Shown piece by piece: positions 59,726 through 64,000 of a stretch of DNA of 64,000 bases. The DNA is taken from assembly GCA_004431415.1 (NCBI GenBank), contig QPMI01000444.1:1-64000 (forward strand), read 5' to 3'. The DNA comes from Cyanophora paradoxa CCMP329 (taxonomy: Eukaryota; Plantae; Glaucophyta). The first letter of the stretch is position 1; every line of letters begins with the position of its first letter. Below the pieces are notes generated by a model. The model was not told the DNA's origin. It saw nothing but the letters and a program-made list of their open reading frames with translations, and ran no database searches. The position numbers and the translations under genes were made by a program.

Positions 59726-62649
59726 ATGTGGCATGGGAAACCGCGTGCGCTCCCGGCCCGCGCGCGCGCACGCGGCGCCAAACTTGACATATACATGCAT
59801 CGCGTATCGCTTAATTGCGAGCTCGAGCTGACGATCGATATATATATTACGATCTCGCAGAAATCAGTTGCAGGGCGCAGGCCTGACCCGGATTATGAGA
59901 TCCTGGACCTTCCGGATGCACTGCTGGGCCTTATCATTCGGCAGGCATGCGAAGATGATGAAATTTTCGTCCCCGAAGACGAATTGAAGGCCAAGCTTCT
60001 TGCCGAGGATGCGATCGCGCGGTCAGCTGCAGCTGCAGCTGCAGCATCGTCGTCGCAACCGCCTGCCCCTGCAGGAGATCCCGATTGCTCGCGAGAGCCG
60101 TGGGTCGACCTTCGGCGGGTTTGCGGCCTGCGGCGAGTGTGCCGGCGTTTTTCCGAGGTGCTCAGAGCGGGGGGCGTGGCGGTGCGGGCGCGACTGCACC
60201 TGAACCGCGTCTTGCCGACTTCGACGGGCGCGGACGACATGGAGACTTCGCTAGTCCGCGATGGCCAGCTCGAGACAATCGGTAACAAATTTAATTTGGT
60301 GTATATATATATAGTTGTGGGCCACTTGTAATTGTGGCTCCCATGGCCAAGCGCACTGCGCTTGTCATGATCATGATATCGATCTTAAAAGATAATGAGG
60401 AGACCGATCGTCAGCTCGCGATCGGGCTCGAGGCGCAACCGGGTGCGCATGCGCATGCTGGGATTGTATTCATATTAATTCGCGATCGGAATGGCTCGAA
60501 GCTAACTTCGAATCGATACGCGATTTCGAAGGATCCGGATGCCTGGATACCTCAATGCAAACGGCCAACGTTGACGCAGAGGAAATGGATCCGCAGGCTT
60601 CCCAAGCGACTTCAGATCTAGAGCTCGAAGTCGACAGCGATCCCGAGCTCGACCTTAGAGCTGAAGCAGAACGGGAGCGCCAGGTGGAAGAGGCCACGCG
60701 TACAGCCAGGTGGACTCACGAGGAATGTCGGGCATCGATTGAGGCGGCGCTGGAATGCGCTTGCAAGGACATTACACAGGTGGGAGTCCTTTCGATTGAG
60801 GAGCTCGAAGTGGAAATTTCGGGAGACTTCGAGGTTCGCGATCGATCCACGGTTAACGCTAATTATAACTCTACTTGCGTCAGCGTTATCTCTTTTTTAT
60901 CATGCACGTAATAATATAAGTATAGTATATATATGCGCAGGGCGTGGAATTGTATCCGCCACAGGACAAGGAAATAAGCTTCTCGTTGGCTCCACTCGCC
61001 CGTTTCACCTCCCTTCGCGCCCTCTACCTTGCAATACCCGGAGCACTCGAGGCTGACGACGTTTCGCCGCTGGCGAACCTTCGCCAACTCTCTCGCCTTG
61101 GCCTGCGCTGCGTCTATGACTGCGATTGCAATGACCCGGTCAGCATGAGCCCCATCAGCCCCGCAGCCATCGCCTCCCTTTCGTGCCTCCCCCTCGGCGA
61201 TTTTGCAGCAATTTTCGACTATCGTTCCGACGATCCCAAGCGAACCATTGCCGATATTTCAAACATGCTGAGATCTATTGCAAGAGCATTTCCTGGGCTT
61301 CGGCATTTGCGGCTTGATTTCAGATCGCTTTCTTTTTCTGAGGATGCCGACGTCGACATGTACACTCCGCAAGCACTTCCCAGAACTCTTCTGAAGAATC
61401 TCACCTCACTTGTATCGCTTCAATGTGAGAACGGTCTAGATCTAGATTTATATATTATATATTTCGAATCTCATACAGCTGCATACGCAGCCTTGAGCCT
61501 CTTGTTCAAGTCTGACTATTTAACGATAACATCGATATCGTTCCAGCCGCTGCTGGCCGAACTAGGCCCAGGCCTCCGTCACCTCGAACTCGAAGTCGAC
61601 TCGGACTCTTATCTGCTCCCACTTCGCTTCCTGACCGGCCTTCGCTGTATGCAATGCCAAATTAAACTCGCAACGTTACTGCAATCGCTTACGTCAAGCT
61701 CTGGTTGCGCAGCGCTCTCACTGGACCGATCGCCCATCAAAACTATTTCGTTCCTCGGGGCGCTCACCAAGCTGGAAGCTCTGAAGATCATCATCAACAA
61801 ATCGCACAATCTCTCTGACCTTGACTGCCTAGCACCTCGGATTCGCTGCCTCGAGCTCTACGTACACGGCGGTCATGATAATCACGAATTCGCTAAAGCT
61901 GTAGCCAATAAAATTCTCCACTTCACGGCGCTCGAAGTAAGTGCTAAAAAGAACTTCGGAAGCTTTTAAGTGCTCGATCATCTTTTTGATCGATCACGTC
62001 ACGCAGGACCTCTCCGTATGGGATTATCATAGAGCTGGAGTCCTTGAAGCCCTCTCGACACTGTCGCGATCGATTTCGACATCGCTGACCGCTTGGAGCC
62101 GTGTCCGAACCCTCGAACTACGCGTCCAATCTTCAGATCTCGATGCCAAGTTTTTCGAGCTCCCGGCTTCCTTTCTTACAGTGAGCTCAGAGCTCGAGGG
62201 GCTTGTCTGTTTGCAGAGTCCAAAATATTTTGTTTCCTTATAAGCGACTCAGCCACATCCACGGCCGTGTGATCATGATGTACATTTTACCTCGAGCTCA
62301 CACGTGCACGTGCGTTCGCAGCACATCGCATCCGACTTGAAAAATCTGCGGGAACTGGTCTTCGCTGGCGTGGCGCTGCCCCACCCACTGCCCGACAACG
62401 TGGCAAAAGACTTGATTCGCCACGTGCACCTTCGCCGCCTTGGCATCCTCGGCTGCAGGTTCAGTTGTGATCAAGAAATAGAGAATGTGCGAAAGTCAAC
62501 GCAAATTTGATATTACGCAAAGATTTGAAATTCGACTCAGTCCACGTCCGCAGTGGAAGCTAAAATTGCAGGAGCTGAAGGACACCCTGCGCCCCAACAT
62601 TGAAGTCAATCCCAGTCCTGCACGACCTTGGTGGAGAGAAGGCCATTAG
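59726..62649 (+). CDS. Multi-exon F-box/LRR protein in a lower-GC segment (start uncertain)
   Basis: EILDLPDALLGLIIRQA..LRRVCRRFSEVL; LRRs FTSLRALYL, LANLRQLSRLGL, FPGLRHLRL, LTGLR, LGALTKLEALKI, LKNLRELVF; last exon ..PWWREGH* at 62649. Confidence 0.75.
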
Positions 62650-62811
62650 GTGTGTGGCTGTCCTGTCAGTAAATTCAAAATGCGATTCAAGCCCAAACTT
62701 TTGGACCTTAATTATAAGCTTAAGCTTGGTACCCGTTTCCGAGTCGGGGATCACGATGGGAATCATGGGGGGCCTAGTGACAGATTTTATTTCCGACATG
62801 GCTTTGATTTC

Positions 62812-62936
62812 CCGAAAAGAGCATTTGATTTCCCGAAAATTGAAAAAAAAGCTTTCCCTGCTTCCCTGCGCTGCTCACAATTGCAATTTCCTTGCGCTGC
62901 TCACAATCTAATTTAATTCCTCTGCGCTGCTACAAC
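62812..62936. repeat. Clustered short direct repeats in AT-rich intergenic DNA
   Basis: TTTGATTTCCCGAAAA twice (about 62803 and 62825) and TGCGCTGCT(C)ACAA three times (about 62868-62935). Confidence 0.7.
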
Positions 62937-63929
62937 TTCGAATTCGAGTCAAAAGCCTTCCAATTCGAAGCACACAATTATGAATAGAGACTATTAATTA
63001 ATTCTAATTGCAGTGCCCCTGCGCGCGGCGACCCATCTAATAGTAGGAGTGGCCCCTTTGCCATGGGTCTACGGGCTTTGCCAGATTTGTGTTATTAAAC
63101 GGGGGCTTAAAACCAAAACGCGCCACGGTCACGTTTCACGGCATCTCGGACCGTGCAGCACACCGGTACCATGCCGCGCTCGAGCTCACACGCTCGTACA
63201 TATTATGTTCTGGAGACGACTTCGTAGACTACAGCTAAAGAACCAGCTCGACATGACTACTAGCTGTCACTCTCTGCAGCATCCCAGTATCCGGGGCGCG
63301 GTGTCCAGTATCCTTCTAGAATCTGTGCCCTAGGGGAGGCACGGGACCGTCGGACTGAGTCAAGTCAAGTCCCAACCAACCGTCGGACTACGGGAGGCCC
63401 AACCGAGTCAAGTCTGGTCTGCAATAAGAGAAGGCGCCGGCTTAGGATGCGTTAGTGCAATGGTCCCACAGGTCGTTAGTGCAAGCAGACTGCTCTTTTG
63501 TATATATATACAGGGCCAGGGGCATTCACACGACTGTGGCCGGTACCGGTAATTCATCAAAAAACATTCACACGACTAAATTAAATACGAAATGAGGCCT
63601 GTAAGAGGAAGTCGTACGAACTGTATACATTTTGTATGAAGAACTCAATTCTACTGACGTCGATGTCGGAGGCCTAGGGGCATTAGGGAAGGGGGGATAA
63701 GGGAGGGATCGAGGGCACGGCCCGGGCCTGCTGCTCCTGGGCCGTCGGTTTATCGCCCCAGAGGGGCCGCCAGAGGGCCTAGTGGGTACGCCAGAGGGGG
63801 CCTCCTCCGGATCAATGTCCAGATCGGAATGGAACCCGCCTCTCGCGGCTCAATTTTTGCCCGCGACACGTTTTCTCCAAATTTGAATTTGAGCGAAAAT
63901 TCCGACGCCGGCCCCGGGGGAGCTTGCGC

Positions 63930-64000
63930 TCAGCGCTTGAGGTGGACGACGCGGTGGATGGCGAGGCCCTTGAAGAGCTCGAAGGCCGCGAGGAAGACCG
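63930..64000 (-). CDS. 3' end of a gene entering from the right edge
   Basis: Codon-biased frame ..VFLAAFELFKGLAIHRVVHLKR* with stop at 63930-63932. Confidence 0.6.
   Translation of the reverse strand, partial: VFLAAFELFKGLAIHRVVHLKR

Noticed and set aside
1-64000. tRNA, rRNA or snRNA genes
   Set aside because: No recognisable cloverleaf, A/B boxes or conserved rRNA/snRNA motifs found by eye; a covariance-model scan would be needed to exclude them

Overview
Eukaryotic nuclear DNA, very GC-rich (visually >70% in most genes) and densely intronised. Introns are short (mostly about 55-110 nt), C-rich on the sense strand, have G(T/C)NCGC-like donors with many GC-AG cases, CTGAC/CTGAG-like branch points and YAG acceptors. 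The six-frame ORF track is therefore mostly misleading and the genes below were rebuilt by manual splicing. About 14 protein-coding genes are present: a giant Ser/Thr kinase-AAA/P-loop-GAF-His kinase-receiver hybrid (minus, runs off the left edge); head-to-head with it, a single-pass receptor-like kinase whose cytoplasmic part resembles cyanobacterial 4-Cys/Pkn2-type kinases; a low-complexity protein; an ST7-like TPR + MYND protein; three F-box(/LRR) proteins; a transmembrane RING-H2 ligase with a Tyr-motif tail; a C2-domain CaaX protein; a SAP30-like protein; an ABCC transporter head-to-head with a flavin monooxygenase; a diacylglycerol kinase head-to-head with a KIF12-like kinesin; a Pro-rich repeat protein; and the 3' end of a further gene at the right edge. 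A flagellated, possibly plastid-bearing protist (e.g. glaucophyte-like) is my inference only. The most notable items are the divergent pair of bacterial/cyanobacterial-type kinases, a 4-nt microexon carrying a catalytic Asn, frequent GC donors, and two intergenic segments bounded by perfect 15-16 bp inverted repeats. Gene boundaries are manual estimates, and a few single-base frameshifts in homopolymers are probably assembly errors.
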